A DNA stretch of 64,000 nt from an uncultured Clostridia bacterium (GTDB taxonomy: Bacteria; Bacillota; Clostridia; TANB77; CAG-465), in NCBI GenBank assembly GCA_947584535.1, contig CANPWO010000001.1, forward strand, positions 19,816 through 83,815. Reading direction: 5' to 3'. Below the pieces are notes generated by a model that did no database searches, was not told the DNA's origin, and saw only the letters and a list, made by a program, of their open reading frames with translations. Positions 30,640 to 40,981 of this stretch are shown in pieces. Position 1 is the first letter of the stretch, and each line of letters opens with the position of its first letter. The position numbers and the translations under genes are program-made.

Positions 30640-32103
30640 ATGAAAAAAACAAAAATAGTATGTACAATTGGGCCTTCAAGTCAAGACCCTGAAATCTTTG
30701 AAGAATTAATAAAATCAGGTATGAATGTAATGAGAATGAACTTTTCTCATGGTGACCATGCTGAGCAATTTGCTAAAGTTAAAACATTAAGAGAACTTAA
30801 CAAAAAACTTGGTACAAATGTTGCTTTTATGCTTGATACTAAAGGACCAGAAATTAGAACAACTGATTTTGCTGATGATGAAAAACATCAATTTAATAAA
30901 GGTGAAAAAGTTACTTTGACAACAAGAGATATTAAAGGAGATGATAAAACTTTAGGTATTACATATAAAGGGCTTCCTAATGATATATCTGTTGGTTCAC
31001 ACATATTAATTGATGATGGTCTTATTGATGTTGTTGTTGATAAAATAGATGGTACAGAAATAGAATGTACTTTACAAAATAGTGGTCTTTTAAGAGGAAA
31101 AAGAGGAATTAATGTTCCAGGTGCTAAACTACAACTTGCCGCTATGACAGAAAAAGATAAAGCTGACTTAAAATTTGCAGTTGAAAATGATATTGATTTT
31201 ATTGCTGCTTCATTTATTCGTAAACCACAAGATGTTATAGATATGAGAGAATATCTAGATAGTTTAGGTGGAGAAAAAATAAAAATAATATCTAAAATAG
31301 AAAATCAAGAAGGATTAGATAACTTTGATGAAATACTAAAAGTTTCTGATGGTATTATGGTTGCTCGTGGTGATTTAGGTGTTGAAATACCAGAAGAAGA
31401 TGTTCCAGCTGCTCAAAAAATGATGATTAAAAAGACAGTAGCTGCTGGTAAACCTGTTATTACAGCTACACAAATGCTTGAATCTATGCAAAAAAATCCT
31501 AGACCAACAAGAGCTGAGGTTTCTGATGTTGCAAATGCAGTATATGACGGTACATCTGCTACTATGCTTTCTGGTGAGTCTGCACAAGGTGACTACCCTA
31601 TTGAAGCTGTAAAGACAATGGCAAAAATATTAGAAGCAAGCGAAAAAAATATTTTATATTGGAAAAGATTTAAGAAGAAGAATATAGAAAAATTAACTAC
31701 ATTTGAAAAAATAGATATAATAAATGATTATGAATTTAAAAAACAATCTAATTTCTCTGTAGTATGTTCTGCTATGTTCTCAAATGCAGATGCAATCATT
31801 GCTGTTTCAGAACATGGTGTAACACCATCACTTCTTTCAAGTTTTAAACCTGCTTGTCCTATATATGTTATAACAGCTAATGAAAAAACATATAGACAAT
31901 TTGCAGTTGAATTCGGTGTTACTGCAGTACTTATTCCTGGTGTTCATGACTTTGATAAAATATTAAATCAAGGTATTGAAATACTAAAAGAAAAAGGTTA
32001 TTTAAAAGAAAATGATACTGTTGTATTAAGTGGTGGATTCCCAAATAAAGATACAGATAAACGTTTAACAAGCCAAGCAACAGGTACAATTATTAAGATA
32101 TAA
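30640..32103 (+). CDS. pyk: pyruvate kinase
   Basis: 487 aa. KTKIVCTIGP, MNVMRMNFSHG and MVARGDLGVEIP motifs. Confidence 0.95.
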   Translation: MKKTKIVCTIGPSSQDPEIFEELIKSGMNVMRMNFSHGDHAEQFAKVKTLRELNKKLGTNVAFMLDTKGPEIRTTDFADDEKHQFNKGEKVTLTTRDIKGDDKTLGITYKGLPNDISVGSHILIDDGLIDVVVDKIDGTEIECTLQNSGLLRGKRGINVPGAKLQLAAMTEKDKADLKFAVENDIDFIAASFIRKPQDVIDMREYLDSLGGEKIKIISKIENQEGLDNFDEILKVSDGIMVARGDLGVEIPEEDVPAAQKMMIKKTVAAGKPVITATQMLESMQKNPRPTRAEVSDVANAVYDGTSATMLSGESAQGDYPIEAVKTMAKILEASEKNILYWKRFKKKNIEKLTTFEKIDIINDYEFKKQSNFSVVCSAMFSNADAIIAVSEHGVTPSLLSSFKPACPIYVITANEKTYRQFAVEFGVTAVLIPGVHDFDKILNQGIEILKEKGYLKENDTVVLSGGFPNKDTDKRLTSQATGTIIKI

Positions 32104-32232
32104 TATACTAAAAAACATAAGCTTTTTGCTTATGTTTTTTATAAATTATATGATTTTACTTGATTATTAATATATTTTATGTTAAAATATATTAGTAATT
32201 AGTTCATTAAAACAAAAAAGGAGGGTTTTATT

Positions 32233-32421
32233 ATGGCAAAATGTGAAATATGTGATAAAGAAGTTGAGTTTTCTCTACAAGTGAGTCACTCACATAGAAG
32301 AACTGCTAGAACTTTTAAACCTAATGTTCAAAAAGTAAAAGTAAATGATAATGGTACAGTTAAAAAAATGAATGTATGCACTAAATGTTTAAAAAGTGGT
32401 AAAGTTCAAAGAGCTATATAA
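32233..32421 (+). CDS. rpmB: 50S ribosomal protein L28
   Basis: 62 aa. MAKCEICDK...VSHSHRRTARTFKPNVQK. Confidence 0.95.
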   Translation: MAKCEICDKEVEFSLQVSHSHRRTARTFKPNVQKVKVNDNGTVKKMNVCTKCLKSGKVQRAI

Positions 32422-32423
32422 AA

Positions 32424-32451
32424 AGCGGGTATTTTTATTACCTGCTTTTTT
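32424..32451. terminator. bidirectional rho-independent terminator between rpmB and the spoVM-like ORF
   Basis: AGCGGGTA-tttttat-TACCTGCT, with T-runs on both strands. Confidence 0.5.
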
Positions 32452-32457
32452 ATGTAT

Positions 32458-32526
32458 TTAAACTTTAAAAATAGTTCTTAAAATCATTCTCATAAATTTA
32501 CCCGGTTGATATACTACAATCTTCAT
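32458..32526 (-). CDS. spoVM: SpoVM-like 22-aa sporulation peptide (MKIVVYQPGKFMRMILRTIFKV), not in the ORF track
   Basis: AAGGAGG RBS 8 nt upstream. Aligns without gaps to my recollection of B. subtilis SpoVM (MKFYTIKLPKFLGGIVRAML). Lies next to rpmB, as in B. subtilis. Confidence 0.6.
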   Translation of the reverse strand: MKIVVYQPGKFMRMILRTIFKV

Positions 32527-32540
32527 AACTTTACCTCCTT

Positions 32541-32693
32541 CTAGCAAAATAGCCAAGATATTCCAATTATAACAACGGCTATTGCAACTATTGCAATCCA
32601 GCCCCAGATAGGAAGAACTACGCTAAGTCCTACTCCTAGTCCTAAGGCAAGTAAAAATAGTCCTATTGTTTTTCTAAAAGCTCCTCTAAACAT
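32541..32693 (-). CDS. 50-aa two-helix hydrophobic membrane peptide, not in the ORF track
   Basis: AGGAGGAAG RBS. Translation: MFRGAFRKTIGLFLLALGLGVGLSVVLPIWGWIAIVAIAVVIIGISWLFC. Sits immediately upstream of the spoVM-like ORF. Confidence 0.5.
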   Translation of the reverse strand: MFRGAFRKTIGLFLLALGLGVGLSVVLPIWGWIAIVAIAVVIIGISWLFC

Positions 32694-32779
32694 ACTTCCT
32701 CCTTTTTTTGACAAACTTATAAAAATATTATAAAATATTTATTATATATTATGATTTTTTTTAATAGTTGGTGATTTTT

Positions 32780-33442
32780 ATGGGAAAAGAAAAAGTAAAA
32801 ACTAAATATAATAAACTTAGTAAAAATAAAATAAATGAAATGATAAATATACTTGAAGATTACTATAAAGATGCTAAATGTAGTTTAGACTATAACTCCC
32901 CTATTGAACTTGTTGTAGCCTTAATACTTGCTGCACAATGTACAGATGAAAGAGTTAATAAAATTATACCTATATTATTTAACAAGTATAAAAATGTATA
33001 TGAACTAGCTAAAGCTCCTATATCCGATATTGAAGAAATAATTAAACCTTGTGGTTTCTACAAAAATAAAGCTTTAAATATATCAAAAACTGCTAATATT
33101 ATAGTTAATAATTATAATGGTAATGTTCCTAATACTATGGAAGATTTATGTACGCTTTGTGGCATTGGAAGAAAGTCATCTAACATTATCTTGCAAGAAT
33201 GTTTTAAAAATACCGTTGGTATTGCAGTAGATACACATGTTACAAGGATTTCAAGAAAAATTGGGCTTTCAAATGCTAATACTCCTGAAAATATTGAAAA
33301 AGATCTAACTTTAATTATACCAAAAAAATATTGGAGTAAGATAAATCATATTTTTGTATATCATGGTAGAGCAATTTGCATTGCAAGAAAGCCAAACTGC
33401 GATATATGCCCTATAAAAGATATATGTATGAAAAATGTATAA
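32780..33442 (+). CDS. nth: endonuclease III (DNA-(apurinic or apyrimidinic site) lyase)
   Basis: HhH-GPD motif (LCGIGRKSSNIIL, VDTHV) and a C-terminal 4Fe-4S loop (CIARKPNCDICPIKDIC). Start placed at ATG 32780. Confidence 0.9.
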   Translation: MGKEKVKTKYNKLSKNKINEMINILEDYYKDAKCSLDYNSPIELVVALILAAQCTDERVNKIIPILFNKYKNVYELAKAPISDIEEIIKPCGFYKNKALNISKTANIIVNNYNGNVPNTMEDLCTLCGIGRKSSNIILQECFKNTVGIAVDTHVTRISRKIGLSNANTPENIEKDLTLIIPKKYWSKINHIFVYHGRAICIARKPNCDICPIKDICMKNV

Positions 33443-33490
33443 AATAAATAGAAAGAACCTATTTTGTAAGTTCTTCCTATTTATTTTTTT

Positions 33491-35248
33491 CTAACTTATT
33501 GGAATTGTAATATAAAATGTTGTTCCTTCTCCCTGCTCTGTTTCAAAAGTTATATCTCCATTAAAGTTACCTTTTATTACTGAATAAGCTAAATATAGTC
33601 CAAGTCCAGTACCAAAAGTACCTTTAGTTGTTAATATATTTTTAAATATATATGGTGTTATACTTGGATCAAGACCACCAGCATAATCTGTTACTTTAAT
33701 TATAGCCTTCTTCTTAGGTGCTTTTTCAACAGTTACCTCTACTTTACCACCTTTATCTTCTCCATATGCTTGGGCAGCATTTACTACTAAATTTGTAAGT
33801 ACTTGTCCAAGTTTAGTAGGATCTCCATTTATCTCTAAGTCATCATTTATATTAACAATTACCTCTGAATTATTTTTTGCTACTTCGTGATAAGTTATTA
33901 TCTTTACATCATTTACAACTTCACTTATCTTAAATTTTACATTTGTATCTCCACCTAAGTTTCTAATTTGGTTTCTCATACTATTTACTATATTAATTAT
34001 TTTTGTAGCACAATTATCCATTCTTTGAAGTATCTCTTTTTCATCATCAGACCTATCTTTATCCATCTGATTTAACATTACAATTCCAGTTTTTATAGCA
34101 GATATTGGTGTGTTTATATCATGTGCTACTCCTCCTGCAAGCTCACCAATTGATACTAGTTGTCCTTGTTTTACGATTATATCCTGCTTTTCTTCTATCT
34201 GTTTTATATCCTCTTTATGCTGCGTTATATCTTTAAGTAGTAATAGTGTTCCTATATATTCTTTAGAATTTGATTTGGCCGAAATTGGATGTATATCTAC
34301 TTCAAAATATTTATCGTTTCCTTTTGCGACAAAGTGATATTCATCTGTTACTATCTCTCCTGTCTTACGAGTTCTTTCTATATTATCTTTTAATTTACTT
34401 AAATTAATTGTTTTGCTTTTTTCAATTATCTTAAATAAATTATCATCTTTTGACATAGCAAAAATATTTGAAAATTTTTCTTCAAATGTTTTGTTCATAT
34501 CTACAATAGTTCCGTCATCTGATATTACTACAAAAGCATCTGACATTGTATTTATAACTGTTTTAAATGCAACAGGCGTTATATTTAATGCTTTAAATTT
34601 AAATATCGATATAGAGCAACAAATTGAAGTAAATATAAACATAATCGGCATAACATATATAGTAACAGGTAGGATTTTAAATAATCCAATACAATTTGAA
34701 AGTGTAGGCATAGTCATTCCAATTACAATAAGCATTGTTTGCTTAGAAAAGAATCCTGACCTTTTTATACTTGTTATAATCATAAGTAACATAGAAATAA
34801 TAAATAGTGAATATGAATACAAAGCATACATAATTAATACAGGTCCATATACTGTTTCACTTAAATATATTGAATATTTTATATAAAATAAATGATGTAA
34901 ATCATTTGTAAATAAAAATGCTAAAAATATAAAAGGTAAAACATACAATATTTTTAATTTTTTAATATACTTTAAATTATTATTATATGCAAGAGATATA
35001 AAAAGCAAAAATATTGGTGAAAATGATGCTCCAATATATGTTATATAGTCAAAATAAATTGGGGGAATACTTGTATTATAAAACAATATTTGCAATATTA
35101 AACCAAATATATGTATAACTAAAGTAATATCAAAACAGAAAAAATATTTATATATATTATTACTACTATACTTCTCACTTAATCTATTTAACATAAATAA
35201 CATAATAATTAAAGATATTATTAAAGCACATAAATAAATAGTTAACAT
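33491..35248 (-). CDS. orphan sensor histidine kinase (multi-TM N-terminus, PAS-like, HisKA, HATPase_c)
   Basis: 585 aa. About 7 N-terminal TM helices. H-box LAGGVAHDINTPISAI, N-box LTNLVVNAAQA and G-boxes DYAGGL / GTGLGLYLA. No response regulator gene is adjacent. Confidence 0.85.
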   Translation of the reverse strand: MLTIYLCALIISLIIMLFMLNRLSEKYSSNNIYKYFFCFDITLVIHIFGLILQILFYNTSIPPIYFDYITYIGASFSPIFLLFISLAYNNNLKYIKKLKILYVLPFIFLAFLFTNDLHHLFYIKYSIYLSETVYGPVLIMYALYSYSLFIISMLLMIITSIKRSGFFSKQTMLIVIGMTMPTLSNCIGLFKILPVTIYVMPIMFIFTSICCSISIFKFKALNITPVAFKTVINTMSDAFVVISDDGTIVDMNKTFEEKFSNIFAMSKDDNLFKIIEKSKTINLSKLKDNIERTRKTGEIVTDEYHFVAKGNDKYFEVDIHPISAKSNSKEYIGTLLLLKDITQHKEDIKQIEEKQDIIVKQGQLVSIGELAGGVAHDINTPISAIKTGIVMLNQMDKDRSDDEKEILQRMDNCATKIINIVNSMRNQIRNLGGDTNVKFKISEVVNDVKIITYHEVAKNNSEVIVNINDDLEINGDPTKLGQVLTNLVVNAAQAYGEDKGGKVEVTVEKAPKKKAIIKVTDYAGGLDPSITPYIFKNILTTKGTFGTGLGLYLAYSVIKGNFNGDITFETEQGEGTTFYITIPIS

Positions 35249-35255
35249 ATAACAT

Positions 35256-38200
35256 TTACCCCCTTTTTATATCTTTTAAGAATCCTATTTGAATTAAGTA
35301 ATTTAAATATCTATGTATATATTCTTCATTAATTATAGGCCATTCAAATCCCATACTTTTTAATAATTTAATAGTAAAGTCAGATTTTACTATAATATTT
35401 GGTTTATATTCTATTTCTTTGTTTTTATTTACATCTAATATTATACCATTAATTTGATTTGCTTTTTCAGGATCTCTACTAAAATCTGTTATAAGCTTTG
35501 TCATTTCTTCTTTTGTAATTTCTTGTAAATTAATTCCAAAACTCTTAAAAGCTTTTAAAGCATCTACCATTTGTACGTGCTTATGGTTAAATATGTGAAA
35601 TACTGAATATTTACTATTAGTTTTTGAAAGAGTTATAACTGCTTTCGCTGCAAAATCAATAGGAGTAAACTCTAAATAAAAGTCAAGTAAATTAGTAGGT
35701 ATTACATTTAATGTTATAAATGTTTTTAATCGATTAGCGAATGCATTTTCTTCAACATTTGGTTGAAACTTACCATCATACATTCTTCCTGTTAAATTAC
35801 CCATTCTCATTATTTTACCATTAAGTTTATTCTCTGCAATAGCTTCTAAAACATATTTTTCTCCCATAAATTTTGTAAAAGCATATACATTATCTAAGTT
35901 TTGTTTAATATATAAATTTTCTTCACAATACTTTGTATTTGGTAATATATTTACTTGTTCTACTTGACCAGTTTCAAGTATATTACCTGATACACTAAGT
36001 GTAGATATATGAATTAATTTTTTATTATTTTCTATACAAAATTTTATAATATTTTTTACTGCATATTCATTTACTTTTCTAAATTTTTCTATATTTCCAA
36101 AATGTCTAACATTGGCTGCTGAGTTAATAATGGTATCAACTTTACTTTTTACAATTTCATAGTCTACTTCATTATTAATTATTTTAGAAGAATTCATATC
36201 TCCTTGTATTATAACTATTCTTTTTCCAAATTCATTATCATATTTATTTCCAAAGAAGAAATTTAATCTTTGTTTTAATCTTTGCTCTGCTGTTACCCCA
36301 TTTTTAGTTCTTACTAAACAATAAATTGTTCCGGTTTCTTGTTTCATATATTCATCTAAAATATGTGCACCTAAAAAACCTGTAACTCCAGTAAGTAGTA
36401 CATTTCCTAATTTTTCATTATTACTTAGGCTTTCATCTATTTGATTATTCTTTAACAAGTTATCAATATTAGTATAATCTAATGTTTCTATCTCTTCAGA
36501 TATAGAGATATTTTTTCTTGTTTTATCAAATATACCACCTAATTGATTTATAGTTGGATTTTTATACAGTTCATTATATGTTAGTGAAATATTTTTTGAA
36601 ATAGCTTTTGTAACTAAGTCAATTGCAAGTAAAGAGTCTCCTCCTATTTCAAAAAAATTATCATCAGGTAAAATATCCTTCCTTTTTAATACATCACAAA
36701 ATAAATCATATATTTCTTTGTAAATACCAACATAATTAGTTTCTTTTTTTTCTAATACATTATATCTTTTAGGTATTAATTTCTCTATTTCGTTTTTATC
36801 TACTTTTCCGTTTTTATTAAGAGGTATATTAGATATTTTAAATATATACTTTGGTATCATATAATATGGTAGCTCTTTTTTCAAAAAATCTTTTATTTCG
36901 TCTACGTCCAAATTTAATATTGATGTATAAAGTAATATAATATCTTTACTTTCCCCATTATTAATAACTGTTACATAACAATCATTAATCTTTTTATTTT
37001 TTAATGCTGTATTTTTTATCTCATCTAATTCTATTCTAAAGCCTCTTATTTTTATCTGACTATCAATTCTGCCTGCAAATTTTACATTTCCATCTTGCAA
37101 AAAATACGCATTATCTCCTGTTTTATATGCTTTCATAGAATTATCAAATGGATCTTTTATAAAACTTTTTGCAGTTCTTATATCATCTTTAAAATATCCT
37201 TTTGCAACTCCATCACCACTAACTAGTAATTCGCCTTCTACAAATATTGGAAGTAACCTATATTTTTTATCAACAATATAGCATTTACTATTTGAAATTG
37301 GTTTTCCAATAGGAATACTATCAGTATATTTACTCTTTATATTAAAGCAACAAGAAAAAGTTGTATTTTCAGTAGGTCCATAACCATTTATTAATTGAAC
37401 ATTTTTACATCTATCTAAAAGCTTATTTACATGTTTTACTGAAAGCACATCTCCACCTATTAATAAAACTCTAAGGTTATTAAACATAGATACATTATAA
37501 TCAACCATTTTATTAAATAAAGGTGCTGTTAACCACATTACAGATATTTTACTTGCTATAATAAAATCTTCAAATGTACTAGGGTTTAGTAACTTTTCTT
37601 TTGATATAAGATATAAAGTTAATCCATTTAATAAAGCTCCCCAAATTTCTAATGTTGATGCATCAAAACCTATTGAACCAGTTTGTACTATTCTGTCACC
37701 ATCTTTAAATGATATATAATTTGTATTTTTTACAAGTCTAACTATATTACGATTTGTAACTTCAACACCTTTAGGTTCTCCTGTTGTTCCAGATGTATAC
37801 ATTATATAAACACTATCTTCTACTTTGTGTGATTTTTCTATTCTTCTAGTTTCAGATGCACTGTTAAGAATATCAGCATTTATATTTTTAGCTCCTTTTA
37901 AACTGCATTCATCAACATCTGTTATAATTAAAGAACTAGAAGAATTATTTATAATATAATTTATTCTATCTTTAGGATATGTTTTTTCTAAAGGTAAATA
38001 AATACAATTTGCTTTTAAAATTCCCAAAATAGTTATTATAATTTCTATAGATTTATCCATAAAAATACTAACTACACTTTGATCTTTAAGCTTTAATATA
38101 TTTATTATATAATGTGCAACTTTATCTGCTTTTTCATTTAATTCTTTATAAGTCATAGTTTTATTTTCAAAAACAAGTGCAATATTATCAGGAGTTTTTC

Positions 38201-39590
38201 TAACTTGTTCTTCAAAAAGTTCTATAACTGTTTTATCTTTAGGATATTCTTTATATGTATCGTTAAATTCATTAAGTATTTTACTTTCTTCTTCCCTACT
38301 AATTATCCTAATATTTTCTATATCAATATCTTTATTTTCTATAGCGTTTTCTATTATAGCTAGTAATCTTGTATGCAAATATTCTATTTCTATATCTTTA
38401 TATAAATCTGTTTTATAATCATAATTTATATTTAAAATACCTGTATCATCCATATCCATAATATGAATTTGAAGTTCATCTTCTAAAGAATTTGAAAACG
38501 CCCAACTTGTACTATATTTTTTTTCATCAACTATATTTGTTCTAGCATTTTGATATGAAAGTACTATATTATACAAATTACCTTTTATATCACTGTTTTG
38601 TCTAATACTTTCTAAAGTTTTCATATATGGATATTTTTGATGTCTAAATACACTTAAAGTATCTCTTGAAATTTTTTGTGTTAAGCTTAGGAAATTTTCG
38701 CCTTCTTCTAACTTTATCCTAAGTGGCAAAGTCGATACAAACATTCCAAGCATTTTTTTCTCTTTAAAATTAGCTCTGTTAAGTACTGGTGTACCAAGTA
38801 CAAAATCATTTTTATCCTTTATCCTATAAATATATGTTGAAAGTGCAGATAAAAACAACGCATAAGGTGATAGTCTATTTTCCTTGCAATAACTAATAAT
38901 ATTACTATTTATTTTTTCATCAAGTCTTACAGAATATCTTTTTGCTTTGTGTGAAGTTAAAGGTGTCTGTTCTTTTATTGATACAGTTTCATTTATTCCA
39001 TTTAAATAATCTTTCCAAAATTCTTCATCTTTTATATATTTATCAGAGTTTTTATACTCATTTTCACTTGCTATATATTCTAAATAACTTGGTAAATTTT
39101 CTACTTCTACATCCTCATTATAACTTTCAAGTACTTGTATAATATACGTACCAATTTTACTACATGACCATGCATCAGAAATTATATGGTGTATCCTCAT
39201 AAAAATACTACCTGTATTATTTGTGTATTTTAATATTTTAAAATCATATAGTTTACTATTTAATGAAAAAAGAGATTGTGAAGCTAAGCCATCAATATAT
39301 TCTCTAATTTCCTCATTAGATAATGATGACATATCAACTACTTCAATCTCCTCATATTTGTATTCTTCATAATATTGCATATATTCATTTTCTTGTTCTA
39401 CAAGTCTTGTTCTCATAGCAATATTTTTTTCTATTACTTCATTTATTGCTTTTTTGCACAAATCTATATTAAAATCTTTTTGTATGTTAATTAATCCAGT
39501 TATAACATTAACTGAACTATTCTCATTAAATTTTTCCATAAATAATATATTTTGTTGTGGGAACGTTAAATTGTACATTTTATTATCCAT
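35256..39590 (-). CDS. single-module nonribosomal peptide synthetase, C-A-T-R (terminal thioester reductase)
   Basis: C domain HHIISDAWS. A-domain cores YIMYTSGTTGEPKGV, NGYGPTE, YKTGD, GRIDSQIKIRGFRIEL and NGKVD. Carrier FFEIGGDSLLAI. Reductase NAD(P) motif LLTGVTGFLGAHIL. Start placed at ATG 39590 (MDNKMYNLTFPQQ), after a GAGAGG RBS. Confidence 0.9.
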   Translation of the reverse strand: MDNKMYNLTFPQQNILFMEKFNENSSVNVITGLINIQKDFNIDLCKKAINEVIEKNIAMRTRLVEQENEYMQYYEEYKYEEIEVVDMSSLSNEEIREYIDGLASQSLFSLNSKLYDFKILKYTNNTGSIFMRIHHIISDAWSCSKIGTYIIQVLESYNEDVEVENLPSYLEYIASENEYKNSDKYIKDEEFWKDYLNGINETVSIKEQTPLTSHKAKRYSVRLDEKINSNIISYCKENRLSPYALFLSALSTYIYRIKDKNDFVLGTPVLNRANFKEKKMLGMFVSTLPLRIKLEEGENFLSLTQKISRDTLSVFRHQKYPYMKTLESIRQNSDIKGNLYNIVLSYQNARTNIVDEKKYSTSWAFSNSLEDELQIHIMDMDDTGILNINYDYKTDLYKDIEIEYLHTRLLAIIENAIENKDIDIENIRIISREEESKILNEFNDTYKEYPKDKTVIELFEEQVRKTPDNIALVFENKTMTYKELNEKADKVAHYIINILKLKDQSVVSIFMDKSIEIIITILGILKANCIYLPLEKTYPKDRINYIINNSSSSLIITDVDECSLKGAKNINADILNSASETRRIEKSHKVEDSVYIMYTSGTTGEPKGVEVTNRNIVRLVKNTNYISFKDGDRIVQTGSIGFDASTLEIWGALLNGLTLYLISKEKLLNPSTFEDFIIASKISVMWLTAPLFNKMVDYNVSMFNNLRVLLIGGDVLSVKHVNKLLDRCKNVQLINGYGPTENTTFSCCFNIKSKYTDSIPIGKPISNSKCYIVDKKYRLLPIFVEGELLVSGDGVAKGYFKDDIRTAKSFIKDPFDNSMKAYKTGDNAYFLQDGNVKFAGRIDSQIKIRGFRIELDEIKNTALKNKKINDCYVTVINNGESKDIILLYTSILNLDVDEIKDFLKKELPYYMIPKYIFKISNIPLNKNGKVDKNEIEKLIPKRYNVLEKKETNYVGIYKEIYDLFCDVLKRKDILPDDNFFEIGGDSLLAIDLVTKAISKNISLTYNELYKNPTINQLGGIFDKTRKNISISEEIETLDYTNIDNLLKNNQIDESLSNNEKLGNVLLTGVTGFLGAHILDEYMKQETGTIYCLVRTKNGVTAEQRLKQRLNFFFGNKYDNEFGKRIVIIQGDMNSSKIINNEVDYEIVKSKVDTIINSAANVRHFGNIEKFRKVNEYAVKNIIKFCIENNKKLIHISTLSVSGNILETGQVEQVNILPNTKYCEENLYIKQNLDNVYAFTKFMGEKYVLEAIAENKLNGKIMRMGNLTGRMYDGKFQPNVEENAFANRLKTFITLNVIPTNLLDFYLEFTPIDFAAKAVITLSKTNSKYSVFHIFNHKHVQMVDALKAFKSFGINLQEITKEEMTKLITDFSRDPEKANQINGIILDVNKNKEIEYKPNIIVKSDFTIKLLKSMGFEWPIINEEYIHRYLNYLIQIGFLKDIKRG

Positions 39591-39835
39591 TTTAAAACAA
39601 CCTCTCATATATAACTTCAACATCTTATTTAATATATAGTATATCAAAAACAAAAATTAAAAGCAATATGTAAAAGTATAATTTACAACGTTTTTTTACA
39701 TATTATAACTTATTTATACAAAACAAATTTACTATGTTACTTCTACACAATTTCTATATTTTTTTCTAATACAACTATTGACAAACAAAAAATACTATGT
39801 TATTATATATAAGTATTTAAAATTATTATTTACTT

Positions 39836-39920
39836 GCGGGTATGGCGGAATTGGCAGACGCGCCGGACTTAGAATCCGGTGTCTCACGACGTGAAGGTTC
39901 AAGTCCTTTTACCCGCACCA
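39836..39920 (+). tRNA. tRNA-Leu (anticodon TAG)
   Basis: GCGGGTATGGCGGAATTGGCAGACGCGCCGGACTTAGAATCCGGTGTCTCACGACGTGAAGGTTCAAGTCCTTTTACCCGCACCA. Long variable arm, anticodon loop CT-TAG-AA, encoded CCA. Confidence 0.9.
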
Positions 39921-40050
39921 ATATGGATGTTGTTATATAATTTATTATATAATAACATTTTTTTACTTTAAAAAGGCTTGAAATATAAATATATTAAAAA
40001 ATTGCAATTAACAATAATTTGATATAGAATAAATAAAGGTGATTAAAAAA

Positions 40051-40335
40051 ATGTTAGGAAATATATTATTAGGAATAGTATCATTATGCACAATGATTTC
40101 TTATTTACCACAAACTATAAAATTAATAAGGACAAAGAAATCAAACGATTTAAGTATTAACTCTTGTATTCTATGGGTAATAAGTAGTTTATCATATACA
40201 TTATATGCTGTTTTATATAGTAAGGATTTTATGCTAATTTTTGAAACATCTCTAGAATCATTTTTCTGTTTACTAATTTTATTATTAGCAATAAAGTATA
40301 AAGATGATAAATATTTTAAAGATAAAACTGTGTAG
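40051..40335 (+). CDS. PQ-loop / SemiSWEET-like small membrane protein
   Basis: About 94 aa with three TM helices and an LPQ motif (ISYLPQTIKLIRTKKS) after TM1. Confidence 0.55.
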   Translation: MLGNILLGIVSLCTMISYLPQTIKLIRTKKSNDLSINSCILWVISSLSYTLYAVLYSKDFMLIFETSLESFFCLLILLLAIKYKDDKYFKDKTV

Positions 40336-40461
40336 TTATTTATTTTTTAAATTTTACTTCTTACGTATTACATGTAGTTTTATACAAATTATTAAACTTT
40401 AAATATATATTTATATAAATTAAGCTACCTAAAAAATTAATTTTTAGATAGCTTATCTTAT

Positions 40462-40776
40462 TTACTTAAATATTGAAATATTAGATAACATTACAACTAT
40501 TATCATAAGCTTGTATTTTAATGATGACCTTACATAATTTTTATATAATCTTATCCACGTACTTTTTAACTCATAAGGTACATTAACATATGCTACATTA
40601 TCATAGAACATATATGAACTCCCACTTGTCCTACAAGCAAGTGATGAATCAACGCCATAATTTTTTTCAAAATCTCTTAATTGCCGTCTTTGTTTATTAT
40701 TTCTTTTTAACACCATTTTGAAACTATTAAGTGGTAAATCAAGTTCAAATACATTAATTGACTTTACTTTTATCAT
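40462..40776 (-). CDS. hypothetical protein (104 aa)
   Basis: ORF only. Confidence 0.35.
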   Translation of the reverse strand: MIKVKSINVFELDLPLNSFKMVLKRNNKQRRQLRDFEKNYGVDSSLACRTSGSSYMFYDNVAYVNVPYELKSTWIRLYKNYVRSSLKYKLMIIVVMLSNISIFK

Positions 40777-40981
40777 TAAAAAGTCCCCCTTTATAAATTA
40801 TTATAATTTCTAAGATAAATCTATAATGTTATTATACCATATTTTATGATTTTTTTCAATTTATAGTTTATAGCACTTTTATAAAAAAAATGTGAAACAT
40901 TTTTTTACATTTTTTACTTATTTTGTTTCACATTTATTTTTACAAAAAATAGAGCTAATTGAAACTAGCTCTATTTTATAT

